This document shows, one piece after another, positions 48,586 through 59,442 of a stretch of 64,000 nucleotides of DNA. Numbering within the stretch: the stretch's first letter is position 1; every line of letters begins with the position of its first letter. The notes below the pieces were generated by a model. That model ran no database searches. It was not told the DNA's origin and saw only the letters and a list, made by a program, of their open reading frames with translations. Origin of the DNA: Dehalococcoidia bacterium (lineage in GTDB: Bacteria > Chloroflexota > Dehalococcoidia > UBA2979). Position numbers and translations under genes: made by a program. The stretch spans positions 2,976,001 to 3,040,000 of the forward strand of contig OZ244720.1 of NCBI GenBank assembly GCA_965219085.1, given 5' to 3'.

Positions 48586-49473
48586 ATGACGCGACCCAGG
48601 ACGCCCGAACGGCTCGACGACGCGCTGCAGACGCGCAACATGCCGCGCACCATCGACGAGTGGGAGGGATTGCTGGACGGTGACGGCACCCACGCCGTGG
48701 AGACCGACGTGGGCGAGATGGCCTTCGTCGAGGACGGCGGCCAGCTCCACCTGCACTACGCCTTCGACACCCTCGAGGCGATGAAGCTGGTGTGGCACTC
48801 GATGTTCGACGTCCTGCGTCCACGCATCGTCGAGTTGGGGTACCCGTACCTCGTCATCGACCTCGTCGAGCACCCGAACCGGCGCTGGATCGAGGGCCTG
48901 CTCGACGAGAACGACTTCGAGCAGCTTGGCGACTGGCTGGAGTTCACGCACAACGACATCCGCGACCTCGCCCCGCCCGAGATCCCCGAGGGCCTGACGA
49001 TGCGCCGCGGCAACGAGGACGACCACGAGGCTGTGGCCGCCCTCGAAGGCAGGGCCTACGGCGACTTCACCGATGGCGCGACCGCAACGCGCAGGCGCCT
49101 GGGCGAGGCTGCGTGGCTCGGCGTGCTGGAGCGCGACGGCGACGTCATCGCCTACGCGCTCAACAGCGCGGTCGAGGGTGGCGCCGGGACGGTGCTCTCG
49201 TGCGCCGTGCAGCCGCGCGAGCAGAACCGCGGCATCGGCAAGGTGATCCTCGGCGCGGCGACGTACCAGCTCGCCAGCGCGGGGGCGCGCACCGCCGCGC
49301 TGCGCGTGTGGCCCGAGATTCCGAGGGGCGCGCGCATCGCACAGGCAATCGGCTACCGCGTTGGACGGCGCGGCATCGAGATGCGGCGCGACAGCGACGA
49401 GGAGGTGCTGACGCAGCACCGCGAGGAGCAGCGCATCCGCAACATGCGCGTGCGCTTCGGCGGCTGGCGATAA
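48586..49473 (+). CDS. GNAT-family acetyltransferase-like protein
   Basis: AVQPREQNRGIGK motif A; SD GGAGGT. Confidence 0.78.
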   Translation: MTRPRTPERLDDALQTRNMPRTIDEWEGLLDGDGTHAVETDVGEMAFVEDGGQLHLHYAFDTLEAMKLVWHSMFDVLRPRIVELGYPYLVIDLVEHPNRRWIEGLLDENDFEQLGDWLEFTHNDIRDLAPPEIPEGLTMRRGNEDDHEAVAALEGRAYGDFTDGATATRRRLGEAAWLGVLERDGDVIAYALNSAVEGGAGTVLSCAVQPREQNRGIGKVILGAATYQLASAGARTAALRVWPEIPRGARIAQAIGYRVGRRGIEMRRDSDEEVLTQHREEQRIRNMRVRFGGWR

Positions 49474-49495
49474 CGCAGCGGCTCGGGAGGTCGGC

Positions 49496-50665
49496 ATGAG
49501 GCTAGCGACGCGCGTCCAGCAGCTCCCCCCGTACCTCTTCGCCCGTATCTCCGAACTCATCGCCGAGAAGCGCGCCGAGGGCGTCGACATCATCTCGCTT
49601 GGCATCGGCGACCCGGACCTGCCGACCCCGCCGCACATCATCGAGGCCCTGCAGCGCGCCGCCGAGGACCCGGTCAACCACCGCTACCCGGAGACCGAGG
49701 GCCTTCCGGAGTTCCGCGAGGCCGTCGCGCGCTGGTACGAGCGCCGCCACGGCGTCGCGCTCGACCCGGAGACCGAGGTGGTCTCGCTGATCGGCTCGAA
49801 GGAAGGCATCGGGCACCTGCCACTGTGCCTCATCGACCCCGGCGATCTCGCGATCAGCACCTCGCCCGGCTACCCGGTGTACGAGGTGGCGACGATGTTC
49901 GCGGGCGGCGACACGCTCGCGCTCCCGCTGCGCGAGGAGGACGGCTGGCTGCCGCGCCTCCACGAGGTGTCCGGCGCCGACGCCGCACGCGCGCAACTGC
50001 TGTGGCTCAACTACCCGAACAACCCGACCGGCGCGATCGCCGACCTTGCGTTCTTCGAGCGCGCGGTCGCGTGGGCGAAGCAGCACGACGTGGCGATCGC
50101 GCACGACCTCGCGTACTCCGACGTGTGCTTCGATGGGTACGAGGCGCCCTCGATCCTCGAGGTCGACGGCGCGCGCGACGTGGCGATCGAGTTCAACTCA
50201 CTGTCGAAGACCTTCAACATGACCGGCTGGCGGATCGCGATGGCGGTCGGCAACGCCGAGCTCGTCGGTGCGCTGCGCCGGGTGAAGTCGAACCTCGACA
50301 GCGGCGTGGCCCAGGCGGTGCAGCAGATGGCGATCGCCGCCCTTGATGGCCCGCGCGACGCCATCGACGGACATAACGCTATCTACCAGGCCCGCCGCGA
50401 CCGCGCGGTCGCGGTGCTCCGCGAGCTCGGCCTGCACGTCGACCCGCCGAGCGCGTCGCTGTACGTGTGGGCGCGGCTGCCCGAGGGCGAGCGCTCCTCG
50501 GCGGACTTCGCGGGGCGGCTGGTCGAGGAGACCGGGGTGGTGGTCACGCCGGGCGTGAGCTACGGCGACGTCGGCGAGGGCTACATTCGCATCTCGCTCA
50601 CGCTCGCCGACGACCGCCTCGAGGAGGCGCTGGACCGCCTTTCGCGCTTCGCCCGCGGAGCGTAG
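49496..50665 (+). CDS. dapL: LL-diaminopimelate aminotransferase
   Basis: LPPYLF, LGIGDPD, GSKEG, NYPNNPTG, SLSKTFNMTGWR; near dapF. Confidence 0.88.
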   Translation: MRLATRVQQLPPYLFARISELIAEKRAEGVDIISLGIGDPDLPTPPHIIEALQRAAEDPVNHRYPETEGLPEFREAVARWYERRHGVALDPETEVVSLIGSKEGIGHLPLCLIDPGDLAISTSPGYPVYEVATMFAGGDTLALPLREEDGWLPRLHEVSGADAARAQLLWLNYPNNPTGAIADLAFFERAVAWAKQHDVAIAHDLAYSDVCFDGYEAPSILEVDGARDVAIEFNSLSKTFNMTGWRIAMAVGNAELVGALRRVKSNLDSGVAQAVQQMAIAALDGPRDAIDGHNAIYQARRDRAVAVLRELGLHVDPPSASLYVWARLPEGERSSADFAGRLVEETGVVVTPGVSYGDVGEGYIRISLTLADDRLEEALDRLSRFARGA

Positions 50666-50681
50666 GCGAGGGGCGCACACG

Positions 50682-50918
50682 ATGGCGACGCGGCCACCGG
50701 AGCCGATGCCGGAGGACGTGCGCCTCGCGATCGACGAGCGGGGCATGCGCGCGGACTACGACGCGCGTCCGTGGTACCAGCGCAACGACTACCTTGCCTG
50801 GATCGCCCGGGCGAAGCGCCCCGACACCCGCGCTCGCCGCCTCGCGCAGATGCTCGACGAGCTGGAGCAGGGCGGCGTCTACATGCGGATGACGCACGCG
50901 CCGAGCCGCAAGGCGTAG
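50682..50918 (+). CDS. YdeI/OmpD-associated family protein
   Basis: YQRNDYLAWIARAKRPDTRARR. Confidence 0.85.
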   Translation: MATRPPEPMPEDVRLAIDERGMRADYDARPWYQRNDYLAWIARAKRPDTRARRLAQMLDELEQGGVYMRMTHAPSRKA

Positions 50919-50969
50919 CTGCGAGGGCGCTGCCTGCGGGGTCCCGGGCGCGCGTGCCGGAGCGGCGCG

Positions 50970-52469
50970 CTACGTCCGATATGAGTCCCACGGGCTCTGT
51001 TCAGGGAGGCGATCTGGGGGGCGTAGTTCGCCAGTGATCGCGTCCGCGAACAGCGCGAGCCAGCGTTCGATAAAGTTGGCCGTTTCCTCGCCGTCGATTG
51101 GCACGAATGGTCGCGATGGCTGCCACGGACCGCCAATATCAATGACGATCTGGTTTGCCTTCTCCGGTAGGAACACCCTTGAGAGCGCCTTCCCTGCAGA
51201 ATAGCCGGGAGCGAGCATGCTTGGCGTCAACTCCGCCGATCGCCATTTCGGCGCGAACGTCGTCTCGTACCACCGAAACGCTCCCTCCTCCTGTGCGTCG
51301 CAGTACCACAGGGAGTGACTCCGGCCGTGATAGTTGGGGTATGGGTCTCGAGGAGAGACACGAAGCTCGAGCCCAGCGTGCGCGACGACTTCGAAAGCCG
51401 GGCGGTATTGGCCCCAGTTAACTGCAAAGGACTCCTCGATAGGCACCCAGGTGAAGTGTGCGCCATCGAGCTCGAACGGCCATTCGAATCCACGCTCGGG
51501 CGCGGCCTCGGGCACATACTCGAGCAGCTGTTGGCGAAGCGAGTCGTAAATCGGGCGGAGTATCGACTCTCCCGCTTCGTAGAGAGAGCGCGCTCGTTCA
51601 GTGTCCGCGCGCTGGGCCTCTACGGCGGCCGCCTCCTCGGCTGTCCGCTGGACAGAGCGAAGATTGGCGCGCAGGAGGCGCTCGGCAGCCGAGCTAACGG
51701 GCCCTGTCGCTCGTTGAAGTCGGTCGAGGAGGTTCGCAGCAGTTGGGCGTGCGCCGGGCGCTTTGACAAGGCATTGGGCAACGATGCCCGCTAGATTGGT
51801 GGGTACCCCATCCAGCGGTGGGGCGGCCTCCCGGAGATGCTGTTCCCGGTAGTCTTCTCTGCTCGGACCAGCGAACGGCGCCGCCCCGCTTAGAATCTCA
51901 TAGGCGATAACGCCGAACGCGTAGATGTCAGTGGCGCCGGTCGCGCGCTCGGCGCGCCACTGCTCAGGTGCCGCGTAACGCGACGTCATTGTGAATTTCC
52001 TCGTATCCGGCGCCGTGGTTTCCTCCGCGTACCGAGCGATGCCGAAGTCGGCGAGGCACCAACGACCGTTCAGGCGGAGAACATTCTCAGGCTTCAGATC
52101 GCGGTGCACCACGCGCCCCTGAAGAGCGCCCAGGGCCTCGAGGATGTCCTTGAGAACCACCGTCGCCTCGCTTGGCTCCATGGGGCCGCGATCGCGCATG
52201 TAGTCCCGCAGCGACAGATCGGCCCGTGGCATCGCGAGCACCCAGTCGTCCTCGAGCTCACCGGTAGCGAGGATCGGGATCACGTTGGGGGTGCCCGCCA
52301 GCTCCTGCGGCAGCAGTAACTCGCGCTCGGCGCCGGGATCCTTCGGGACGAGCTTGATCGCCACAGGCTCCCCATCCGGCGAGACGGCTTCGTGTACCCG
52401 GGCAAACCCGCCTGACCCAATGGGAGCGCCCAGTTCCCAGCGGCTCCCGTCAATGTAAACGCCCTGCAC
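50970..52469 (-). CDS. Hanks-type Ser/Thr protein kinase with unknown C-terminal domain
   Basis: GSGGFARV, VAIK, HRDLKPEN, DFG, YAAPE; lower GC. Confidence 0.93.
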   Translation of the reverse strand: MQGVYIDGSRWELGAPIGSGGFARVHEAVSPDGEPVAIKLVPKDPGAERELLLPQELAGTPNVIPILATGELEDDWVLAMPRADLSLRDYMRDRGPMEPSEATVVLKDILEALGALQGRVVHRDLKPENVLRLNGRWCLADFGIARYAEETTAPDTRKFTMTSRYAAPEQWRAERATGATDIYAFGVIAYEILSGAAPFAGPSREDYREQHLREAAPPLDGVPTNLAGIVAQCLVKAPGARPTAANLLDRLQRATGPVSSAAERLLRANLRSVQRTAEEAAAVEAQRADTERARSLYEAGESILRPIYDSLRQQLLEYVPEAAPERGFEWPFELDGAHFTWVPIEESFAVNWGQYRPAFEVVAHAGLELRVSPRDPYPNYHGRSHSLWYCDAQEEGAFRWYETTFAPKWRSAELTPSMLAPGYSAGKALSRVFLPEKANQIVIDIGGPWQPSRPFVPIDGEETANFIERWLALFADAITGELRPPDRLPEQSPWDSYRT

Positions 52470-52544
52470 GCGATGTCCTCTCTGGGAAGGGGAGGCTCCT
52501 ATTGTATCCGGCGCGTGGTCGCGGAGCGCGATACGCTATGGCGC

Positions 52545-55505
52545 GTGAGCAGGTTGACCATCATCAGCGGGCCGCCAGGGTCGGGGAAGACCGAGCGCCT
52601 CGTCGCGCTCGCGGCCGGGCGCGTCGAGGCGGACCGATTCGCCTCGACGCTCGTGCTCGTGCCGACGGCCCGCCACGGCGACCAGTTCCGGCGGCGCGTC
52701 GTCGAGCGCTGCGGCGTCGCGCTCAACCTCGAGGTGGCAACGCTCAATCTCTTCGCCCGCCGCGTTGCGGACGGCGACGCCGTCCCGCCCACGGATGTGG
52801 CGATGGAGCTGCTCCAACGCGCCACACATGCCGAGATCGAGGCGGGTGGGGCAGCGCGCTTCGCGCCCATCGCCGACACGCCGGGCCTGCATGCGCTCCT
52901 CGCGCGGGCCGTCGCTGAGCTCGTCAGCGCGGGCGTGGAGCCCGCAGCCGTCGAGGAGGCGGCCCGGCGCGCAGGCAGTGCCGACCACGCAGCGCTGGGC
53001 GCGGTCTACGCCGCGTATCGCCGTCTCCTCGACGATCGCGGCTGGCGCGATCCGCGCGAGACGGCGACGCTCGCGGCCGAGGGGATCGAGGACGGACGCG
53101 ACGTGCCGGGGCTCGCGGTCGTCGACTCGTTCGAGTTTCTCAACCCGCGCGAACTCGCCCTCGTGGCCGCGCTCGCACGCCGTACCGAGGTCGCGCTCAC
53201 GCTCGATCGGGACGGCGGCGAGCGCACGCGCTGGACCGCGCAACGCCTCGACGCGCTCGTCCCGGGTGCTGTCCACGAGGAACTGCGGTCACGCGCCGTG
53301 ACCGCACGCGTCGAGGCGCGCTCGGCCTTTGACGCCGAGGCGCAGCTCCGTGAGATCGCGCGGGCGATCAAGCAGACGCTGGCCGCCGACCCCTCGCTGC
53401 GGCCCTCGGACTTCGCGGTGGTGTTCCGGCGGGCGACGCCCCATCTCACCCTCGCTCGCCGCGTGTTTGCCGAGTACGAGCTGCCGTTCGACCCAGCCGC
53501 CGGCGAGCGGTTGGCGTCGCGCCCGTTCGGTGCGTGGGTGCTGCAACTGCTGCGCCTGCCCGCGCACGACTGGCGGCTGACGCGCATCGCGGCGCTGCTG
53601 CGCTCCGCGTTCCTCGACCGCGGCGCGTGGGGCGTCGAGGGCGACACGGTCGACCACGTGCTGCGCGTGGGACGCGGGCAGCACCTCTTCGCCGGCCGGG
53701 AGAGCCTGCGCCAGCTGCCGATCGCGCTGCGGCGCGAAGCGGACATCCGAGCCGAGGATGGCCGCGAGGGCTACGCCGCGCGGCTGCGAGCCGCCGCGGA
53801 TGCCGTCGAGCGCGTGGCCGGCGGCCTCGAAGCGCTACTCGGCGGCGGGCCACGCACACCGGGGGAGTGGGCCGGGGCGCTCGACGACGCGCTGTTCGGC
53901 GAGAACCGCCTCGTGCAAGCGACCGTCGACGGGTACGAGAGCCTCGACGTGGAGGTGGCAGCGCTGCGCACAAACCTCGACGCGCTGCGCGCCATCGACG
54001 AGTCGCTCGGCAGCGCCCCGATCGCGCTCGCCGCGTTCGCCGACGATCTCGAAGCGCGCATGCAGCGGCCCGCGACGCTGCTGCGCGAGGCTGGCGGCGT
54101 GCTGTTCGCGCCGATGCACACGCTGCACGGTCTGCGCTTCACGCACGTCTTCGTTGGCGGACTCGCCGAGGGCGAGTTTCCGGTGCCTCGCCGCAGCGGC
54201 GCGCTCCTCGACCGGCGAGGCCGCGACGTGCTGCTCGCGGGTGGTCTGGCCCTCCCGCCGGAGCCGCGTGCGACCGAGGAGGAGCTCTGGGCCGCGGTCG
54301 CCTCGCGCGCGGACACGAGCATCTCGTTGTGGCGGCCGCGCCTCGACGAAGGTGGACGCCCGCGCGCGGCCTCCTGGTACTGGCACGAGGCCGCCTCGGC
54401 CCCTGACGCGGCGTCGACGGATGAGCCGACGGCCGTGGCGCCGGAGGCCGCGGCATCGCAGCGCGAGCTCGCCGTCTCGCTCTCGTCGCGTTGGCACGAG
54501 GGCGAGCGGCGTCGGCCGGGGGACCTCGATGCCTGGCCGCTGGTGGTGCGCGTGGCAGCGCCGATCGAGCAGCAGCGGCGGTCGTTCGGCGACGCCGGCG
54601 CGCACGAGGGCGATCTCGCGGGCCTCGTTGCGCCCTCGGCGGTTGTGCGGCTGACGGGCGAGGATGCGCTGTGGAGCGCGAGTCGCCTGGAGTCGTACCG
54701 CACGTGCGCGTTTCAGTTCTTCAGTAGCTATGCACTGCAGCTCCGTGAGGTCGAGGACGAGCACGTAGAGGCGGACGCGGCCGTCCGCGGCACCGTCGTG
54801 CACGAGATCCTCGAGGACGCGCTGCGGCCGCTGGCCGAGGCAGGGCGCGCCCTGGTCCCGGAGACGCTCGACGCCGCCATCGCCCGGATGCGCGAGGAAG
54901 GCCGCCGGTTGTGGGAGTCGGCTCCGACCCGGTGGACCTTCGGGCGCGCGGCCCTGTGGCGCTTCGACTGGGATGAGACGGCCGAGGAGATCGAGCGCCT
55001 GCTGCGCCGCGAGGCGGCGGAGAACGCCCGCCTCGGCGTCGAGCGCATCGCCGGCCTGGAGTCGCCCATCGACGACACTGCGATGCCGGGCGTTCAGCCC
55101 AGGCTGGCGCTCCGCGGCAACATCGACCGTGTCGACGCAGGGCCGAACCTCATCCAGATTGTCGACTACAAGACCGGGCGCGACATCAAGAGGAGCGATG
55201 TCGACGCGGGACGCCGCATCCAGCTGCAGGTCTACGCGATCGCCGCGCGCGAGCAACTCGGCGCGGAACGGCTGGTGGCGCGATATGCGTACCTCCGGCC
55301 GCCGCGGCGCGAGTGGGCGCTCGATACCGCGAGACCCGACGACGCCGCGTTGATCGAGGAGGTCGCCGGGCACGCCGACGAGGTGCGCCGAGCCGTCGGA
55401 GCAGGCGACTTCCGCGTGAATCCGCAGGTGCCGTGTCCGTCGTGGTGTGACTTCCGGCACATCTGCCGCGTCAACCAGTTCACCAGGTCGAAGCAATGGA
55501 GCTGA
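52545..55505 (+). CDS. addB: AddB-like helicase-nuclease subunit
   Basis: GPPGSGKT, WSASRLESYRTC, RGNIDRVD, IVDYKTG, CPSWCDFRHIC (Fe-S Cys). Confidence 0.85.
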   Translation: MSRLTIISGPPGSGKTERLVALAAGRVEADRFASTLVLVPTARHGDQFRRRVVERCGVALNLEVATLNLFARRVADGDAVPPTDVAMELLQRATHAEIEAGGAARFAPIADTPGLHALLARAVAELVSAGVEPAAVEEAARRAGSADHAALGAVYAAYRRLLDDRGWRDPRETATLAAEGIEDGRDVPGLAVVDSFEFLNPRELALVAALARRTEVALTLDRDGGERTRWTAQRLDALVPGAVHEELRSRAVTARVEARSAFDAEAQLREIARAIKQTLAADPSLRPSDFAVVFRRATPHLTLARRVFAEYELPFDPAAGERLASRPFGAWVLQLLRLPAHDWRLTRIAALLRSAFLDRGAWGVEGDTVDHVLRVGRGQHLFAGRESLRQLPIALRREADIRAEDGREGYAARLRAAADAVERVAGGLEALLGGGPRTPGEWAGALDDALFGENRLVQATVDGYESLDVEVAALRTNLDALRAIDESLGSAPIALAAFADDLEARMQRPATLLREAGGVLFAPMHTLHGLRFTHVFVGGLAEGEFPVPRRSGALLDRRGRDVLLAGGLALPPEPRATEEELWAAVASRADTSISLWRPRLDEGGRPRAASWYWHEAASAPDAASTDEPTAVAPEAAASQRELAVSLSSRWHEGERRRPGDLDAWPLVVRVAAPIEQQRRSFGDAGAHEGDLAGLVAPSAVVRLTGEDALWSASRLESYRTCAFQFFSSYALQLREVEDEHVEADAAVRGTVVHEILEDALRPLAEAGRALVPETLDAAIARMREEGRRLWESAPTRWTFGRAALWRFDWDETAEEIERLLRREAAENARLGVERIAGLESPIDDTAMPGVQPRLALRGNIDRVDAGPNLIQIVDYKTGRDIKRSDVDAGRRIQLQVYAIAAREQLGAERLVARYAYLRPPRREWALDTARPDDAALIEEVAGHADEVRRAVGAGDFRVNPQVPCPSWCDFRHICRVNQFTRSKQWS

Positions 55506-58500
55506 CCGGCGAGCAACTCGACATCATCGAGGCGGAGACCACCGACCTCGCCGTGACCGCGGGCGCGGGCAGCGGCAAGACCCACGTGCTCGTCGAGCGC
55601 TACCTGCGGCTGCTGCGCACTGCCGCGGTCCCCGAGATCGCCGCGGTCACCTTCACCGAGGCGGCCGCGACCGAAATGCGCGAGCGCGTGCGCCGCGCCG
55701 TCATGTCCGACGACTCCCTTGCCGGGCACCGGCCACACCTCGACGACGCGGTGATCGGCACCGTCCACTCGCTCGCGCTGCGACTGCTCCGCGAGCACCC
55801 GTTCGAGGCCGCGATCGACCCCTCGGCGGCCGTGCTGGGCGAGGACGAGGCGGAACTGCTGCGCCGCACCGCGTCGGCCGAGGCGATCGACGCGGCCGCC
55901 GAGGCAGGCGACGGGCGCACGGTCGCGCTCCGCGAGATCGGCGTCTACCAGGTCGGCCAGCACCTCCCGGGCATGCTGTCCAACCGCGACGACGTCGAGG
56001 CCGCCTTCGCTGCGATGGGGCCCGACGCCGCCGCGTGGCGCGAACATGCGCGTGTCATCCTCGAAGGCGCGTACGCGGCGCAGCAGCGGCCGATCCGCAC
56101 CGAGGTTGCCGCGATCACTCGGGACCTTGAGCGCGACGTGCCGGGCGCTGGTCGGCGACTTGCCGAGGTAGCCCGCGAGGTCCTCGATGCGCTCGGTCGC
56201 GCGCGCGACGCCCGTGATTGGGGAGTATTCGCGGCGGCACTCGGCGAGGCGAGCGAAAGGACTGACCTCCGTCCGGGGAGCAAGACCGCATCGCCCGACA
56301 TCGACATCAAGGCCGACTTCCGGCGACTGCGCGAACTGGGCAAGGACGCGAACAGCCTCCCGGCGTGGAACGAGCACGACGAGCGCGTGCTGCCCGCACT
56401 CGCAGGGCTGCGCGACCTGTTCCAGGACGCGGTCGCGCGCTACACCGCCGCGAAGCGCGAGCAGCATGCCCTCGACTTCTTGGACCTCGAGGTCGGAGCG
56501 GTGGCGCTGCTGCGCGACCACCCGGACGTCGCCGCCGAGGTACGCGGCACATTCCGCCACCTCATGGTCGACGAGGCGCAGGACATCAACCCCGCGCAGG
56601 CTGAACTGATCCGCCTCATCGCCGGTCCCGGCGACGGCGGACAGCGGCCACACCTGTTCCTCGTCGGCGACGCGAAGCAGTCGATCTACCGATTCCGCGG
56701 CGCGGACGTGGCGCGGTTCGCCGATTTGCGTCGGCTCGTGACCGGCCGTGGCGGCCCGACGCTGCCGCTGAGCCGCTCGTTTCGCACCCACGACCTCCTC
56801 GTCGGCGCGGCCAATCGCATCTTCACCGAGGTCTTCGCGGACGCCTCGGAGCCGTTCGAGGCGGCGATGGAGTCGATGACCGGTCGCCCGGCGCCGCCGC
56901 CCGGGGGTGGCCCGCACCTCGTGCTCATGCCAATAGGCGGGGCCAGGCCCGACGGCGCGAACGCGCAGGGCGACGAGCGTCGACGCGTGGAGGCCGATGC
57001 CGGCGCGGCGGAGATCGCCGCACTGCTCGCCGAGGGCCGCGAGGTCTGGGACCGCGATGCCGGCGCGATGCGGCCCGCGCGGCCCGGCGACGTCGCCGTG
57101 CTGTTGCGCCGCTTCTCCAACGTCCACACCTTCGAGCAGGCGCTTGAGGCGCACGGCGTGCCGTACTCGACGCCGAGCGGCACCGGCTTCTTCACCCGCC
57201 AGGAGGTGCTCGACTGCGGCCACCTGCTGCGCTGGCTCGCCGAACCCCACGACGAGATCGCCCTCGTGGGTGTGCTGCGATCGCCGTTCTTCGCCCTCCG
57301 CGACGACACCCTGCTGGCGCTGCGCGAGCACCGCAGGTCGCCGTTTGACGCCCTCGGCGACCCACCCCCAGGCATCGAGGGCTCCGAGCGGGCGCGATGC
57401 GCGCACGCCGCGCGTGTGCTTGCGGATCTGCGCGGTGCAGCCGGGGCGCTGCCCGCCGACGCGCTGCTGGAACGCGCGCTCGAACGCTCCGCCGTCGAGG
57501 CGGCGTGGGCGCCGATCGAGGGCGGTGAGCAGGCGCGCGCCAACATCCGCAAGCTGGTGCGCATCGTCCGCACCCTCGCCGGGTACACCTTGCCCGAGGT
57601 CGTCGAGTACCTCGAACAGCGCCGCGAGGAGCTCGATGTCCGCGAGGGCCCGGCGGTGCTCGACCGGTCCGACGCGGTGCGCGTCATGACCGTGCATGCG
57701 TCGAAGGGTCTCGAGTTCCCGATCGTGTGGATCCCGGAGGCGCACTTGCGCCGGCCCCCGTCGTACGAGGCGATCCGCTGGCGCCGCGACGAAGGCGTGT
57801 CGGCCACCCTCGTCCGCGACGAGGATGACACGAGCCGCCCGCGGCCCGCGTTCTACGCGCACCTGCGCCAGCGCGACGAGCGCGAGGACGACGCCGAGCA
57901 TCAGCGCCTGTTCTATGTCGCCGCGACTCGCGCCGCCGACTACCTCTACGTCTCCGGCGACGACGGCGGCACGGTCGGGTGGCTGCGGGCGGCACTCGAG
58001 GTCTGCGCGGGCGGCGACGTGGAGAGCGCGGACGTGCGCGCCCCCGTCCCGGTGGACCTCGACGCCGTCGCCCGGCGCTCCGCCCCGCGTGCGCTCCGCG
58101 TCGCCGACGAGGGGGACGAAGTCGACTACGTCGCGCCACTGCTGGAGCGACCGCGCGTCATCCCGGTGCGCGCCAGCACGCCGGTCACCGCCCTGCGCGC
58201 GCGCCGACGCGCCTGTGTACGCCTCACGTGGCGACGGCCACGGGGCGCTGCGCGGCAGCGTCGTCCACCGCGCGATCGAGGTGTCGAGGGGCGACGTGGC
58301 GTCGCTCGACGCGGCGGCCCTCGCCGCCATCGTGCGCGAGGAGAGCGAGCGCGCGCTCGGTGACGCGACGGTGGACGCACTCGCGGGCGAGGCCGCGGTG
58401 ATGCTCCCGGAGTTCGCGCGCTCACCCGTCGCCGCGGCGCTCGCCGACCCGGGCGTCGAGCGGTGGTTCGAGCTGCCGTTCGCGTGGGACTGGGACGGGC

Positions 58501-58823
58501 TGCCCGTCCACGGCGCGATCGACCTCGTGTACCGCGACGTCGGCGGCTGGTACGTCGTCGACTTCAAGACGGACCGCGTCGACCGCACGACGGCCGCCGA
58601 GGTCGCACAGGGCTACCTCGTGCAGATCGGGCTGTACCAGCGGGCGATCGAGGCCGCCGTCGGCGAACCAGCCACGGCGGGACTGCTCTTCCTGCGCAGC
58701 GGCGAGCTCGTGCAGCCCGAGCGGGCCGCGCTCGACGCAGCCCTCGACGAGGCGCGGGAGCGCGTCGACGCAGGCGTGCTGCTCGACCCGGAGGCTGTCG
58801 AGTTCGTCGAGGAGTTCGAGTAG
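55496..58823 (+). CDS. addA: AddA-like UvrD helicase-nuclease, frameshift near 58200
   Basis: AGAGSGKT, DEAQD, GDAKQSIYRFRGA, HASKGLEF, YVAATRA; nuclease GAIDL..VDFKT in frame 57696-58823. Confidence 0.85.
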
Positions 58824-58825
58824 CG

Positions 58826-59341
58826 CTACTCGCTCTCGAGGCGGTCCAGGGCGATGCGGCGGGCGCTGTTGTCGCCCGGCTCGGCGCGTACCTCGATGTG
58901 GTCGGTCCACTTGATGCTCGTGAAGCACTCGCCGCCGGGGACCACGAGGCGGGCGGGGCCGCCGTGCTCTCCAGGCAGCGGCTCGTCGTTCGCCTCGACG
59001 GCGAGCAGGGCGGCGCGCGCGTCGGCGATGGGCAGCGGGATGCTGAAGTCGTCGGCGGTCACCTGCACCCATGCGGCCTCGGGCGGCGCGCCGGCGCGGT
59101 CCAACAGGTCGGCGATGGTGACGCCGCGCCAGCGGATGCCCGGCACCGTCCAGCCCTCGAGGCAGGCGAAGTCGTCGACCATGAGCTGCTGGGGCATGGC
59201 GAGCAGGCCATCGAGGTCGATGTCGAGCGGCTGGCCGACGAGGCCGTCGACGCGCAGTCGCCACGTGGCCGGGTCGGGGGCATCGCCGGGGTGGACCGGC
59301 AGTGCGTCGAGGACGGTCAGTTCGGATGGCTGGTCGGGCAT
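58826..59341 (-). CDS. Molybdopterin-binding oxidoreductase domain (sulfite oxidase/MsrP-like)
   Basis: WRLRVDGLV, DFACLEGW, HGGPARLVVP, SIKW; SD GGAG. Confidence 0.85.
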   Translation of the reverse strand: MPDQPSELTVLDALPVHPGDAPDPATWRLRVDGLVGQPLDIDLDGLLAMPQQLMVDDFACLEGWTVPGIRWRGVTIADLLDRAGAPPEAAWVQVTADDFSIPLPIADARAALLAVEANDEPLPGEHGGPARLVVPGGECFTSIKWTDHIEVRAEPGDNSARRIALDRLESE

Positions 59342-59442
59342 GGGCTGCTCCTGCCGTCGCGTCGGTCGGATGGGTCGCCTTCCATGGTACCGCGACGGCG
59401 CCGGGGGTCGGTCGAGGCTGCGGTGCTGCGCCGCCGCCCGAA

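Noticed and set aside
55232-58588. Long antisense or alternative-frame ORFs (this 1118-aa one, 38388-40883, 27919-29988, 35435-37294 and others)
   Set aside because: Shadows of real genes in high-GC DNA; no recognisable motifs
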